A stretch of 64,000 nt of DNA from Occultella glacieicola (GTDB lineage Bacteria; Actinomycetota; Actinomycetes; Actinomycetales; Beutenbergiaceae), in contig NZ_SMNA01000002.1 in assembly GCF_004353825.1 (NCBI RefSeq), positions 124,001 to 188,000 of the forward strand, given 5' to 3'. Of the stretch, positions 1 through 10,820 are shown piece by piece; within the stretch, counting starts at the first letter, position 1, and each line of letters starts with the position of its first letter. The position numbers and the translations under genes are program-made. The notes below the pieces were generated by a model. That model was not told the DNA's origin. It saw only the letters and a list, made by a program, of their open reading frames with translations, and did not search any database.

Positions 1-1757
1 ACGTGGTCGACCGCGATCATCCGGGCCCGCCCGTCCGGGGTCGGGAACGCGTCCAGGAACAGCCGCGGCGTGCCCGGGTGGTCCGGCCCGGGGACCGGCC
101 AGAACAGGCCGGGGCCGCCGTCGACCTCGTCGGCGTCGAGGCGGGCGTGGCTCAGGCCGGCGTAGTCCGCGATCCCGCCGGCGGAGGCCGCGGCGAGTTC
201 GTCGAAGACGACGGCCGGGTCGGTCTCGAAGTGGACGTCGGAGCCGAGCCGGCGGGCCAGCTCGGCGAGGATCCACAGCTCCGAGCGGGCCTGCCCGGGG
301 GCGTCGACGGCGCGGCGCCGTCGGATCACACGGCCCTCGAGCGAGGTCATGGTGCCCTCCTCCTCCGCCCACTGGGTGACTGGCAGCACCACGTCCGCGA
401 GGAGCGCGGTCTCCGAGGGGACGAAATCGCACACCACGAGCAGGTCCAGGGCAGCCAGCCGGTCCGCGACCCGGTCGGTGTTCGGGGCGCTGACGAGCAC
501 GTTCGAGCCGTGCACGAACAGCGCCCGGGGGCCGCCCGGGGTGCCGAGCGAGGTCAACAACTGCACGGCGGGCTTGCCGGGCCCGGGGATCGTGGCCTCC
601 TCCACGCCCCAGACCCGTGCGACGTGGGCGCGGGCGGCCGGGTCGTCGATCTTGCGGTAGCCGGGCAGCTGGTCGGACTTCTGGCCATGTTCGCGCCCAC
701 CCTGCCCGTTGCCCTGCCCGGTGATGGCGCCGTAGCCGGAACCGAGGCGGCCGGGCAGCCCGAGCGCCAGGGCGAGGTTGATGGCGGCGGTGACGGTGGC
801 GGTGCCCTGTCTGGACTGCTCGACGCCGCGTCCGGTGAGGATGTAGGCACCGGGACCCCCGTGTGCCGGCGCGGCGGCGGCGAGCAACCGGGCCACCTCC
901 CGCAGTTGCGCCGCCGGCACCCCGCACACGCCCTCGGCTCGTTCGGGCCACCACGCCGCCACCGAGCGCTGCACGTCGGCGGCGCCGGTGGTGCGGTCGG
1001 CGAGGTAGGCCTGGTCGGCGAGCCCTTCGGTGAGCACCACGTGCGTGAGCGCGAGCAGGACCACCAGGTCCGTGCCGGGCACCGGCTGCAGGTGCACCCC
1101 ACCCTCGCCGGTGCCCGGCCCCGCCCCGGTGAGGGCCGCCGTCGTACTCCGACGCGGGTCCACCACCACGAGACCGCCGCGTTCACGCACCCCGGCCAGA
1201 TGCTGCACGGACGGCGGCATCGTCTCGGCGAGGTTGGACCCGAGCAGCATGACCGCGCCGGCCCCGGCGAGGTCGGCGAGCGGGAACGGCAGCCCGCGGT
1301 CCGCGCCGAGGCTGCGGTTCGCCCCGGCCGCGGCGCTGGCCATGCAGAACCGGCCGTTGTAGTCGATGTTCGGGGTGCGCAGGACGGTGCGGGCGAACTT
1401 GCCGAGCGCGTACGCCTTCTCGTTCGTGAGCCCGCCGCCGCCGAACACGGCGACGGCGTCGCGCCCGTGGGCGGACCAGATCGCCTCGATCCGGGTGGTG
1501 ATCACGGTGAGTGCCTCGTCCCAGGTGGCCGGGTGCAGGTCACCGTCCGGGCCGCGCAGCAGCGGGGTGGTGATCCGGTCCGGGGTGTTCAGCACGGTGG
1601 CGCTGGTCCAGCCCTTCTGGCACAGGCCCCCGAGGTTCGTCGGGAACTGCCGCGGCCCGATGGTCACCGGCGTCGTGGTGCCCGGCGCCGCGGGGGTCAG
1701 CGTCATCGCGCACTGCAACGCGCAGTACGGGCAGTGGGACATGGTGCCGGCAGTCAC
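1..1757 (-). CDS. Assimilatory nitrate reductase catalytic subunit (molybdopterin oxidoreductase); C-terminal part runs off the window start
   Basis: Absent from the ORF track because it runs off the edge. Manual translation from GTG at 1757 gives VTAGTMSHCPYCALQC...FPTNLGGLCQKG (4Fe-4S motif) and VFGGGGLTNEKAYALGKFARTVLRTPNIDYNGRFCMAS. Lies directly downstream of the nitrate transporter. Confidence 0.9.
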   Translation of the reverse strand, partial: MTAGTMSHCPYCALQCAMTLTPAAPGTTTPVTIGPRQFPTNLGGLCQKGWTSATVLNTPDRITTPLLRGPDGDLHPATWDEALTVITTRIEAIWSAHGRDAVAVFGGGGLTNEKAYALGKFARTVLRTPNIDYNGRFCMASAAAGANRSLGADRGLPFPLADLAGAGAVMLLGSNLAETMPPSVQHLAGVRERGGLVVVDPRRSTTAALTGAGPGTGEGGVHLQPVPGTDLVVLLALTHVVLTEGLADQAYLADRTTGAADVQRSVAAWWPERAEGVCGVPAAQLREVARLLAAAAPAHGGPGAYILTGRGVEQSRQGTATVTAAINLALALGLPGRLGSGYGAITGQGNGQGGREHGQKSDQLPGYRKIDDPAARAHVARVWGVEEATIPGPGKPAVQLLTSLGTPGGPRALFVHGSNVLVSAPNTDRVADRLAALDLLVVCDFVPSETALLADVVLPVTQWAEEEGTMTSLEGRVIRRRRAVDAPGQARSELWILAELARRLGSDVHFETDPAVVFDELAAASAGGIADYAGLSHARLDADEVDGGPGLFWPVPGPDHPGTPRLFLDAFPTPDGRARMIAVDH

Positions 1758-1764
1758 GCGCCGC

Positions 1765-3147
1765 TCAGATCCCGGCCGTGGCCATCGCGGACCCGCGCCG
1801 CGCGTATACGGCCCAGGTGACCACGGCCATCGCCGCGTACACGGCGATGAAGATCGCGAGCGCCGGCGCCAGCGAGCCCGCGAGTTCATTCGACGCCGCG
1901 AACCCGCGTGGGATGAGAAACCCGCCGAACGCCCCGATCGCGCCCGCGATACCGATGCACCCGGCGGCGGCCTTCACCGCGGCCGGCCCACCGCCGTCGG
2001 CCCGGAAGACCGCCGGGATCATCCGGTACGTCGACCCGTTGCCGACCCCGGTCGCGACGAACAGCACGAGGAACGAGGCGAAGAAGAGGCCGAAGCTGCC
2101 CCGGTCCAGGGCCGCGATCGCCCCGGCCGCGCCGAGCCCCATCACCACGAACGACGCGATCGTGACCCGTGCGCCGCCGACCCGGTCGGCGATGATGCCG
2201 CCGAGCGGCCTCGACACGGAGCCGACGAGCGCGCCGAGGAACGCGATGGAAAGCGTCACGGTCGGGAACTGCCCGCGCAGCAGCGTCGGGAACACCCCGG
2301 AGTAGCCGATGAAGGACCCGAACGTACCGATGTACAGGAACGAGATGATCCAGGTGTGCCGGTTGCGGGTCGCGGCCGCGAACGAGCGCAGGTCCGCCGT
2401 CGCCGTCGAGAGGTTGTCCATGGACCGCCAGGCGAGGAACGCGGCCAGCAGGATGAACGGGATCAGCATCAGTCCGGCCCGCTCCAGGGCGATGCCCGCG
2501 CCGGTGACGATCACGAGCGGCACCGCGAACTGCACCGCGGCCGTGCCGAGGTTCCCGCCGGCGGCGTTCAGCCCGAGGGCCCGGCCCTTCTCCCGCTCGG
2601 GGAAGAAGAACGAGATGTTCGCCATCGAGGAGGCGAAGTTGCCGCCGCCGACGCCCGCGAGGGCCGCGATCGCGAGCAGCGCCCCGAACGGGATCTGCGG
2701 GTGCTGAACCGCGACGGCCAGGGCGATCGTGGGCAGCAGAAGCAGCAGCGCGCTCACCACGGTCCAGTTCCGGCCGCCGAAGACCGGCACCGCGAACGTG
2801 TAGGGGATCCGCAGGGTCGCCCCCACCAGCGAGGGCACCGCGATCAGCCAGAACTGCTGGTCCACGGTGAGCGCGAACCCGGCCGCACCCAGCTGCGGCA
2901 CCACGATCGACCAGAGCGCCCACACCGAGAAGCCGAGGAACTCCGCGAAGATCGAGATCCGCAGGTTCCGGCCGGCGACCTTCGCGCCACCGCCGCGCCA
3001 GAACGTCGGGTCCTCGGGGTCCCAGTGGTCGATCCAGCGCCCGCTGCGGCGGGTGATCCCCCCGACGGTGGCACTCGCCGCCGCGGTCGCGGCACCGTGG
3101 TCGGTGGTCGGTTCGGTGATGCTCGTCGGTGTCACTGGCGCAGACAT
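1765..3147 (-). CDS. narK: MFS nitrate/nitrite transporter (NarK/NasA family)
   Basis: WDPEDPTFW N-terminus, GGGNFASSMANISFFFP nitrate signature, FGSFIGYS, GNGSTYRMIP; many hydrophobic helices. Confidence 0.93.
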   Translation of the reverse strand: MSAPVTPTSITEPTTDHGAATAAASATVGGITRRSGRWIDHWDPEDPTFWRGGGAKVAGRNLRISIFAEFLGFSVWALWSIVVPQLGAAGFALTVDQQFWLIAVPSLVGATLRIPYTFAVPVFGGRNWTVVSALLLLLPTIALAVAVQHPQIPFGALLAIAALAGVGGGNFASSMANISFFFPEREKGRALGLNAAGGNLGTAAVQFAVPLVIVTGAGIALERAGLMLIPFILLAAFLAWRSMDNLSTATADLRSFAAATRNRHTWIISFLYIGTFGSFIGYSGVFPTLLRGQFPTVTLSIAFLGALVGSVSRPLGGIIADRVGGARVTIASFVVMGLGAAGAIAALDRGSFGLFFASFLVLFVATGVGNGSTYRMIPAVFRADGGGPAAVKAAAGCIGIAGAIGAFGGFLIPRGFAASNELAGSLAPALAIFIAVYAAMAVVTWAVYARRGSAMATAGI

Positions 3148-3182
3148 GGCGGCTCCTCACGCGCTCGGTGTCAGTACCGAGG

Positions 3183-3236
3183 ACGGTAGGAATCGCGTGT
3201 TTCACCCGCCTGCGCGAGTGGTTACCCGGCCGTAAT
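3183..3236 (-). promoter_or_regulatory. narK promoter with GlnR-type box
   Basis: Minus strand reads ATTAC-n6-GTAAC-n17-GAAAC (11-bp phasing) followed by a -10 TACCGT at 3183-3188. Resembles the actinobacterial GlnR a/b-site pattern and sits upstream of nitrate assimilation genes. Confidence 0.65.
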
Positions 3237-3281
3237 CAATTCCGCACAGACAGGACGGGGTGGCTGTGAAGGGAGGACCTC

Positions 3282-3587
3282 TCAGCCCTCGGCCGCGATG
3301 TCCTCGTGGTGCCGGATCACCTCGGCGACGATGAAGTTCAGGAACTTCTCCGCGAACACCGGGTCCAGGCCGGCCTCCTCGGCGAGCGCCCGCAGCCGCT
3401 GGATCTGGCGCTCCTCACGCGCGGGGTCCGACGGCGGCAGTCCGGTGCGCGCCTTGAGCCGGCCGACCGTCTGGGTGCACTTGAACCGTTCCGCGAGCAG
3501 GTGCACGAGGGCGGCGTCGATGTTGTCGATGCTCCCCCGGATCCGGATCAGTTCGTCCGGGAGGTCGGTCTCGGTTCCCTCGCTCAT
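3282..3587 (-). CDS. Chorismate mutase (AroQ, type II)
   Basis: IRGSIDNIDAALVHLLAERFKCT...DPAREERQI...AEKFLNFIVAEVIRHHE. TAGGAT 7 nt before the ATG suggests a leaderless mRNA. Confidence 0.92.
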   Translation of the reverse strand: MSEGTETDLPDELIRIRGSIDNIDAALVHLLAERFKCTQTVGRLKARTGLPPSDPAREERQIQRLRALAEEAGLDPVFAEKFLNFIVAEVIRHHEDIAAEG

Positions 3588-3704
3588 GGCAGGCATCCTA
3601 GGCACCGGAGGGCCTCCGATGCGCACCGGTCCCACGGCTCGGGCGCAACCCGGCACCGCGGACCACCCGGCACCGCGGGCCGGCCCGGCCCGCGCCGTCA
3701 GGAC

Positions 3705-4883
3705 CTACACCCGGCCGCGGTCCGTGCTGCGCGTGTAGGCGGTCTCACCGGGCGTGGCGGCGTCGTTCCACCGCAGCACCGCGCCAACGCCGTCGATCAG
3801 GGTCACCGACGCCGCGTCCGCCACCGTGATGCCGGCGCCCTGCTCCAGCGCGGCTCGGCCGATCGCGAGGTCGGCGCGCAGTTCGCGCGGCTCGCTCACG
3901 CCCAGGTCGGTCAGGTCGGAGCGGGTCAGGGCCAGTTCGAGGGCGCCCGGGCCCACCCAGAGCAGCCGCTCCGCGATCGCCGACGGCGGCCCGGCCACCT
4001 CCTCGGTGACCACGAGTTCCGCCACCTGTCCCTTGCGCAACACGTCCACGACGTCCTCGACGCCGGACACGGCGGCGCCGTCGCGGCCCTGCTCCTGGCG
4101 CAGAAGGTCCAGGGCAACCTCCCGGCGCCGGAGCCGGAACGCCTCGAGCGCGTTGGTGATCGCGGTGTCGAACGCGCGGGTGTTCACCCCCTCGGTGCGG
4201 GCGCCACCCTCGATCTCCATGAGGATCTCCGCGACCTGCTGGCCCACCTCGGCCCGCACCAGGGACACCGCGCGCAGGTCTCCGGTCAGCAGCACGAGTT
4301 CGGGCCTTCGTGCGGCGACCACGCGGTCCAGTTCGGCGGCCACGACCTCGGCGTTGCGCTCCCAGGAGTCCTCGGCGCGGTTCTCGATGCGCTTGTGCGC
4401 CAGCGGACCGAGCTGGGGCTTGGCGAGCTCGTCATGATCACCCTCGACGCTGTGCTGCTCCCGGGTGGCCTGCAGGTCGGTCGTGTCGTGCAGGCTCAGG
4501 TCGGCTCCCGCACGGTCGACCGTGACCAGGAGGTACCGCACCCCGCAGTCCGCCACGCGCGCGAGCGCGAAGACGTGTGGGGCGTCCCCGACAACCGCAC
4601 GGTCCACACCCGGCGGCGAGGCCAAGGACCGGTCCAGGTACACCCGATCGCCGGCCGCGACCACCACCCGGCCGTGCGGTCCGCTCAGCCAGGTTGGCCG
4701 GGACACGCAGTCCTCGATGGCCTCCAGCAGCGCGCCGTCGGCGCCCTGCTTGTGCAACTGACGGCGCAGATCGGCCCATCGGCCGAGCACAGTCTGGTCG
4801 CCGCTCTCACTGGCTCGCGTGGCGTCCAGGATCACGGTCACCACCGGCTCCCCCGCCGGCAGTTCGGGGACGTTCAGGCGCAT
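3705..4883 (-). CDS. Bacterial archaeo-eukaryotic release factor family 2 (baeRF2 / Vms1-Ankzf1-like) protein
   Basis: YLLVTVDRAGADL, RAEDSWERNAEVVA, LLTGDLRA, LRKGQVAELVV, DGVGAVLRW; RBS GGAGGAG before the ATG at 4883. Confidence 0.75.
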   Translation of the reverse strand: MRLNVPELPAGEPVVTVILDATRASESGDQTVLGRWADLRRQLHKQGADGALLEAIEDCVSRPTWLSGPHGRVVVAAGDRVYLDRSLASPPGVDRAVVGDAPHVFALARVADCGVRYLLVTVDRAGADLSLHDTTDLQATREQHSVEGDHDELAKPQLGPLAHKRIENRAEDSWERNAEVVAAELDRVVAARRPELVLLTGDLRAVSLVRAEVGQQVAEILMEIEGGARTEGVNTRAFDTAITNALEAFRLRRREVALDLLRQEQGRDGAAVSGVEDVVDVLRKGQVAELVVTEEVAGPPSAIAERLLWVGPGALELALTRSDLTDLGVSEPRELRADLAIGRAALEQGAGITVADAASVTLIDGVGAVLRWNDAATPGETAYTRSTDRGRV

Positions 4884-5020
4884 GTGCTCCTCCGCAACAT
4901 TGCTCGGATCCCGTTGGGTGCAACTGTCCCCCAACCTTGCATCACCCGCAGGGTCCGCGCCACTGCTTACGGGCTTCGGCCCGGGCCGACGACGCGCCGG
5001 GCGTCGGCTAGAGTCGAGCC

Positions 5021-5053
5021 ATGGTCCTGTGCATCCGCCTGTGTTGTTGTTGA
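5021..5053 (+). CDS. Leaderless polycysteine leader peptide MVLCIRLCCC upstream of cbs
   Basis: ATG GTC CTG TGC ATC CGC CTG TGT TGT TGT TGA. A -10 TAGAGT at 5009-5014 ends 6 nt before the ATG. Precedes cysteine-pathway genes. Confidence 0.8.
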   Translation: MVLCIRLCCC

Positions 5054-5222
5054 GCCGAGCTCCGACCCACACCGCGCGGCGCGTTCGCCTCAACCGGCAC
5101 GCCGTCGCACCCCGCCTGACCGCACGGCCCGACGACGGGCCGGCCGCAGCCGATCACACCCTCCCGAACACGGGCCGGTCCCGGCCAACACCCCGCATCC
5201 AGACCCACGCAAGGACACCGAG

Positions 5223-6587
<1,365 letters not shown>

Positions 6588-6602
6588 GGAGAGGAACCCA
6601 CC

Positions 6603-7793
6603 ATGCACGATGACCACGGGAACGACGCCCACAGTGCCCACAGTGCCCACAGTGCCTTTGATACTCGGGCCATCCACGCCGGTCAGGCGTTCGACCCGAC
6701 CACCGGCGCCGTCATCCCCCCGATCTACCAGACGTCCACGTTCGTCCAGGACGGCATCGGGGGCCTGCGCGGCGGCTACGAGTACAACCGCAGCGCGAAC
6801 CCGACCCGCGACGCGCTGCAGACCCAGCTCGCCTCACTCGAGGGGGCCGCGCACGGGTACTCGTTCGCCTCCGGCCTCGCCGCCGAGGACGCCCTGTTGC
6901 GGGCGGCGATGCGCCCCGGCGACCACATCGTGCTCGGCAACGATGTGTACGGGGGCACCCACCGGCTGATCTCGAAGATCCTCGGCGCGTGGGGCATCGA
7001 GATCACCACCGTGGAGATGGGCGACCTCGACGCGGTGCGCGCCGCGATCCGGCCCAGCACGAAGGTCCTCTGGGTGGAGACCCCCTCCAACCCACTCATG
7101 AAGATCACCGACATCGCGGCCCTGGCGGCGCTCGGTCACGACTCCGGCCTGCTCGTGGTCGTCGACAACACGTTCGCCACACCCGCCCTGCAGACGCCGC
7201 TCACCCTCGGCGCCGACGTGGTGGTGCACTCCACGACGAAGTACCTGGGCGGTCACTCCGACGTGCTCGGCGGCGCCGTGCTGCTCAGCGACGACGAACT
7301 CGCCGAGAAGCTCGGCTTCATCCAGTTCGCGGCCGGCGCGGTCTCGGCTCCGCTGGACGCCTGGCTCACCACCCGCGGCATCAAGACCCTCTCGGTGCGG
7401 ATGCAGCGGCACAGCGAGAACGCCCAGGCGATCGCCGAGCACCTCGCCGCTCATCCGGCCGTCGAGCGGGTCTACTACCCCGGTCTGCCCGGCCACCCGG
7501 GGCACGAGATCGCCGCCGCCCAGATGTCCCGGTTCGGTGGCATGGTCTCGCTCGGCCTCACGGCCGGCCCGACGGCGGCCCGCACCCTCGCGGAGAGCAC
7601 GCACCTCTTCCAGCTGGCCGAGTCGCTCGGTGGGGTCGAGTCGCTCATCGGGTATCCGCCGGAGATGACGCACGCGTCGGTGCGCGGCACCGAACTCGCG
7701 GTCCCGGAGAACGTGGTGCGGCTGTCCGTCGGGATCGAGGACGTCGGCGACCTGATCGCGGACCTGGACGAGGCGCTGGGCCGGCTCGGCTGA
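6603..7793 (+). CDS. metB: Cystathionine gamma-synthase/gamma-lyase
   Basis: [56 protein letters not shown]. Confidence 0.93.
   Translation: MHDDHGNDAHSAHSAHSAFDTRAIHAGQAFDPTTGAVIPPIYQTSTFVQDGIGGLRGGYEYNRSANPTRDALQTQLASLEGAAHGYSFASGLAAEDALLRAAMRPGDHIVLGNDVYGGTHRLISKILGAWGIEITTVEMGDLDAVRAAIRPSTKVLWVETPSNPLMKITDIAALAALGHDSGLLVVVDNTFATPALQTPLTLGADVVVHSTTKYLGGHSDVLGGAVLLSDDELAEKLGFIQFAAGAVSAPLDAWLTTRGIKTLSVRMQRHSENAQAIAEHLAAHPAVERVYYPGLPGHPGHEIAAAQMSRFGGMVSLGLTAGPTAARTLAESTHLFQLAESLGGVESLIGYPPEMTHASVRGTELAVPENVVRLSVGIEDVGDLIADLDEALGRLG
6627..6653 (+). repeat. Perfect 9-bp tandem repeat (GCCCACAGT)x3 encoding AHS AHS AHS in the MetB N-terminus
   Basis: Read directly in the sequence. Confidence 0.9.
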
Positions 7794-7856
7794 TTCGAAG
7801 CGTGGGTCGTGCACCCGCCTACCCACGTTTCCCGTCAGGAGAACACGGACGGTGCG

Positions 7857-7873
7857 TTCCCACGTGGTGAGAC
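7857..7873 (+). promoter_or_regulatory. Candidate TF box TTCCCA-CGTGG-TGAGAC upstream of lysR
   Basis: 15/17 identical to the box at 40190-40206 (minus strand) and the same 49-nt gap to the downstream start codon. Confidence 0.6.
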
Positions 7874-7922
7874 GAATCTGAGGCTCTCGGTGGACGCGTA
7901 AACGGATTCCTAGACTCGCCAC

Positions 7923-8807
7923 ATGCAGGCCTCCCTCGACATCACCCCGCTGCGCAGCCTCGTCGCGGTCGCCGACCACGGCGGCTTCGCGCGGGCCGCC
8001 GAGGCGCTGCACCTGACCCAGCCCGCCGTGAGCCAGCACATCCGCAAGCTCGAGAAGGCGGTGGGCCGTGACCTGGTCACCAAGCGCGGCCGGGTCAGCG
8101 TGTTCACCGAGGCCGGCACCCACCTGCTCGACGAGGCGCGCCTGATCCTGAGCGCCCACGACGGCGCGCTCGGCCGGCTGCAGGCCCTGCCCACCACGAT
8201 CGTGGTCGGCTCCACCGAGCACGGCGCCGAGGACCTGCTCCCGGTGGTGGCCGACGCGCTGCGCGCCGCGAACCCGGGTGCGACGGTGCGGTTCCGCGTG
8301 GACCGGGGCGCTCGGTTGGCGGAGGAGGTCGAGCGCGGCACCGTCGATGTGGCGCTCCTGCTCGGCGCGGACGACGATGCCCCCGGGGACCTGCCCGCCG
8401 CTCCGCTCCCGGTCAGCTGGTTCGCCACTCCCGGGTGGCGTGCTCCCGAGAACGGCGCGATCCCCGTGGTCGCCTTCGACGCCCCGTGCCGGATCCGCGA
8501 CCGGGCCCTGCGTGGCCTCGCCGAGGACGGTCGCCCGGGCGAGGTCACCGTCGACTGCACCTCCCTGGCCGGGGTGCTGGTCGCCGTCCGGTCCGGCCTC
8601 GGTGTCACCGCGCTGCCGCTGCAGGATGCCGCCCCCGGCCTGGTGGTCCGCCCGGACCTGCCCGACCTCGAGCCGATCCCGCTGCGGGTCCGGGCGCGGG
8701 TCGGCGCCAGCGAGTTCGGCCACGTCGCCGCCCGGGCCGTGCGCACGCATCTCGGTGCCGACGCCCCCGCGATCCGCCATACCCGGGCGTTCGCGGCCGC
8801 GCGCTGA
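7923..8807 (+). CDS. LysR family transcriptional regulator (leaderless)
   Basis: LRSLVAVADHGGFARAAEALHLTQPAVSQHIRKLE helix-turn-helix; -10 TAGACT at 7911-7916. Confidence 0.93.
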   Translation: MQASLDITPLRSLVAVADHGGFARAAEALHLTQPAVSQHIRKLEKAVGRDLVTKRGRVSVFTEAGTHLLDEARLILSAHDGALGRLQALPTTIVVGSTEHGAEDLLPVVADALRAANPGATVRFRVDRGARLAEEVERGTVDVALLLGADDDAPGDLPAAPLPVSWFATPGWRAPENGAIPVVAFDAPCRIRDRALRGLAEDGRPGEVTVDCTSLAGVLVAVRSGLGVTALPLQDAAPGLVVRPDLPDLEPIPLRVRARVGASEFGHVAARAVRTHLGADAPAIRHTRAFAAAR

Positions 8808-8877
8808 GCAGACCCGCCGGGCGGGTGCGGTGGCCCCGCCACTCAGGCAGGAGCGTCCACGCTCAGACCGAACCCCT

Positions 8878-8915
8878 CGCCCGAGGCAGTTGGTCGTAGC
8901 GTCCTGCCTCGGGCG
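8878..8915. terminator. Inverted repeat between convergent lysR and LLM genes
   Basis: CGCCCGAGGCAG ... CTGCCTCGGGCG, 12-bp stem. Confidence 0.55.
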
Positions 8916-8927
8916 GGAGGTCGGGCG

Positions 8928-10010
8928 TCAGCGGGCGGCGACCCCGGCCAGGCTCGACCCGACGCCGGCAGCCCCGCCCAGGCGGTGGCCGACCAGCGGG
9001 AACACCTGCTCGGCGATCCGCTCCAGCTCCTCGTGCAGCGGTGAGGACTGGATGAGCACCAGGTCCAGGCCGGCGTCGGCGTAGGCGAGCAGCTTCTCGG
9101 CCACCTGCTCCGGGGTGCCCACCAGGTTGGGCCGCAGGCCACGGGTGCCGACCGAGTAGTCGCGCAGGCTGACCTTCTGCTCCAGCTGGGAGTGGCTGAT
9201 GAACTCCTGGTAGGAGGCGAAGCCGGGGCTGTCCGCGGACGGCGCGGCGGTGATCCGCTCGAGCTCGGCCTGCGCCTCGGCTTCGGTGTCTCGCACGATG
9301 ACGTAGGCGGCCATGCCGAACTCGTCGAAGCCGTCCGTGCCGAGTTCCTCGCGGCGCCGGCGCATCTCAGCGACCTTCGTGCCGATCTCCTCGACGGTGC
9401 CGCCGTGCATCACGTAGGAGTCCGCGAACCGCGCGATCGAGGCCTTGCCACCCTCACTCTCGCCGCCGGCCCAGATCGGCGGTATCCGCTGCGGCTTGGG
9501 TTCCAGGATCGTGCCCTCCGCCGTGTAGAACTGGCCGGCGAAGTTGAACGGCGTCTCCCTCCAGAGCCCGGAGACCACGTCCATCCACTCCTCGGTGCGC
9601 ACGTACCGCTCGTCGTGCTCGCCGAACACGCCGCCGTACTGCTTGGCCTCCTCGGCCCACCACGCGGACACCACGTTCAGGGCGAGCCGGCCGCCGCTGA
9701 TGTCGTCCAGGGTGGCGGCGCGCTTGGCGAGCACCTGGGGGGTGTGGAACCCGGGCCGCACGGCGACCATGATCTCCACCTGCTCGGTGACCGCGGCGAC
9801 CGCGGCGGCGAGTTCCCAGGCCTCCAGGCTCGGCGCGGAGGGACCCTTGCGGTCGTTCAGGTACAGCTCGGGGATGAGCGTGATGTCGTAGCCGAGCCGG
9901 TCGGCGATCTCGGACACGCGGCGCACGTAGGCGAACGTGGCCGGCATCTGCTCGTCGTCGATGTTGCGGAGGAATCCGCCGTAGATCGGGGTCCAATAGC
10001 CCAGTCGCAT
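8928..10010 (-). CDS. LLM-class flavin-dependent monooxygenase (SsuD/SfnG-like)
   Basis: MRLGYWTPIYGG, TLIPELYLNDRKG, AVRPGFH, GRLALNVVSAWW, AGGES, LRPNLVGTPEQVAE. Confidence 0.88.
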   Translation of the reverse strand: MRLGYWTPIYGGFLRNIDDEQMPATFAYVRRVSEIADRLGYDITLIPELYLNDRKGPSAPSLEAWELAAAVAAVTEQVEIMVAVRPGFHTPQVLAKRAATLDDISGGRLALNVVSAWWAEEAKQYGGVFGEHDERYVRTEEWMDVVSGLWRETPFNFAGQFYTAEGTILEPKPQRIPPIWAGGESEGGKASIARFADSYVMHGGTVEEIGTKVAEMRRRREELGTDGFDEFGMAAYVIVRDTEAEAQAELERITAAPSADSPGFASYQEFISHSQLEQKVSLRDYSVGTRGLRPNLVGTPEQVAEKLLAYADAGLDLVLIQSSPLHEELERIAEQVFPLVGHRLGGAAGVGSSLAGVAAR

Positions 10011-10055
10011 CGCTGGTCTCCTTCAGGTGTGGGGGTGATGGTCGGCGCGCCGGGT

Positions 10056-10820
10056 TCAGGCCGGGCGGCCGCCGTGGTTGAGGATCTGGCCGCCGGCGCG
10101 CAGCTGCTCGAGGAACTGCACGAGCACGCCGGCGACGCTGCGGTGGTTGGCGTCGTTGAGGACGTCGTGGACACCGCCGCGGACCGTGACGAGTTCCACG
10201 CCCGGCCAGTGTCCGACGGCGTCCCGCACCCGGGCCCAGGGCGCCAGCGCGTCCGCCTCGCCATGCAGCACGAGGGTGGGCACCGCGACCTGCCACGCCT
10301 CGCCGCCCTCGATGGCCGCTCCGTCGAGGGCGGCACGCCACTGCCCGACGGCGGGGGTGCTGTCCGCCAGCGACGTCACCGTGGTCTCGTCGGCGGCGAG
10401 CAGTCCGCGGTGCAGCGGGCAGGCGGTGCGGGCCGAGAGCGCCTCGTCGACGTCCGCCGGGGGCGCGCTCACCTCGAGGGTGGTGCCGGCCAGCACGAGC
10501 GCGTTCGCGTCGATCGTGGCCGGCGAGAGCGCCTGCACGGCGGCCGCGGCGGACACGTCGGTGGCGACGAGCACGCGGGGGGCGTCGCCGAGTCGCCCGG
10601 CCAGGGCGAGCGCGTCCCAGGTCCGGGCGAGCTCGTGCCCGTCCGAGGCCAGGTGGGGCAGGATCTCGACGGCGTACCCGTCCGCGCTGAGCCGGCGGCC
10701 GAACCGCTCGTAGTGCTCGGGTCGCTCGCCACGGCCGGGGACCACCACGATCGTGCCGCGCACGGTGGCCGGCGGATCCCAGCGGACGGCGTCGACCGCG
10801 CTCTCGACCAGGGTGCTCAT
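10056..10820 (-). CDS. Alpha/beta-hydrolase-fold protein with degenerate nucleophile elbow
   Basis: GRGERPEHYERFGRRLSADGY, PTLVLHGEAD, GGVHDVLND. No GxSxG (ATDVSA instead); contains RTACPLH. ATGA overlap with the upstream LLM gene. Confidence 0.8.
   Translation of the reverse strand: MSTLVESAVDAVRWDPPATVRGTIVVVPGRGERPEHYERFGRRLSADGYAVEILPHLASDGHELARTWDALALAGRLGDAPRVLVATDVSAAAAVQALSPATIDANALVLAGTTLEVSAPPADVDEALSARTACPLHRGLLAADETTVTSLADSTPAVGQWRAALDGAAIEGGEAWQVAVPTLVLHGEADALAPWARVRDAVGHWPGVELVTVRGGVHDVLNDANHRSVAGVLVQFLEQLRAGGQILNHGGRPA

Noticed and set aside
3..1820. 605-aa plus-strand ORF and the many other long antisense or alternate-frame ORFs (e.g. 1366-3189, 9192-10991, 23715-25505, 37549-39477, 48144-50621, 58179-60356)
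   Set aside because: They are shadows of recognisable genes on the opposite strand or in another frame. They are Arg/Gly/Pro-rich with no motifs, as expected from stop-codon scarcity in high-GC DNA.
5054..5222. SAM or T-box riboswitch upstream of cbs or cysK
   Set aside because: I could not recognise conserved riboswitch sequence elements by eye. A covariance-model (Rfam) search would be needed to exclude one fully.
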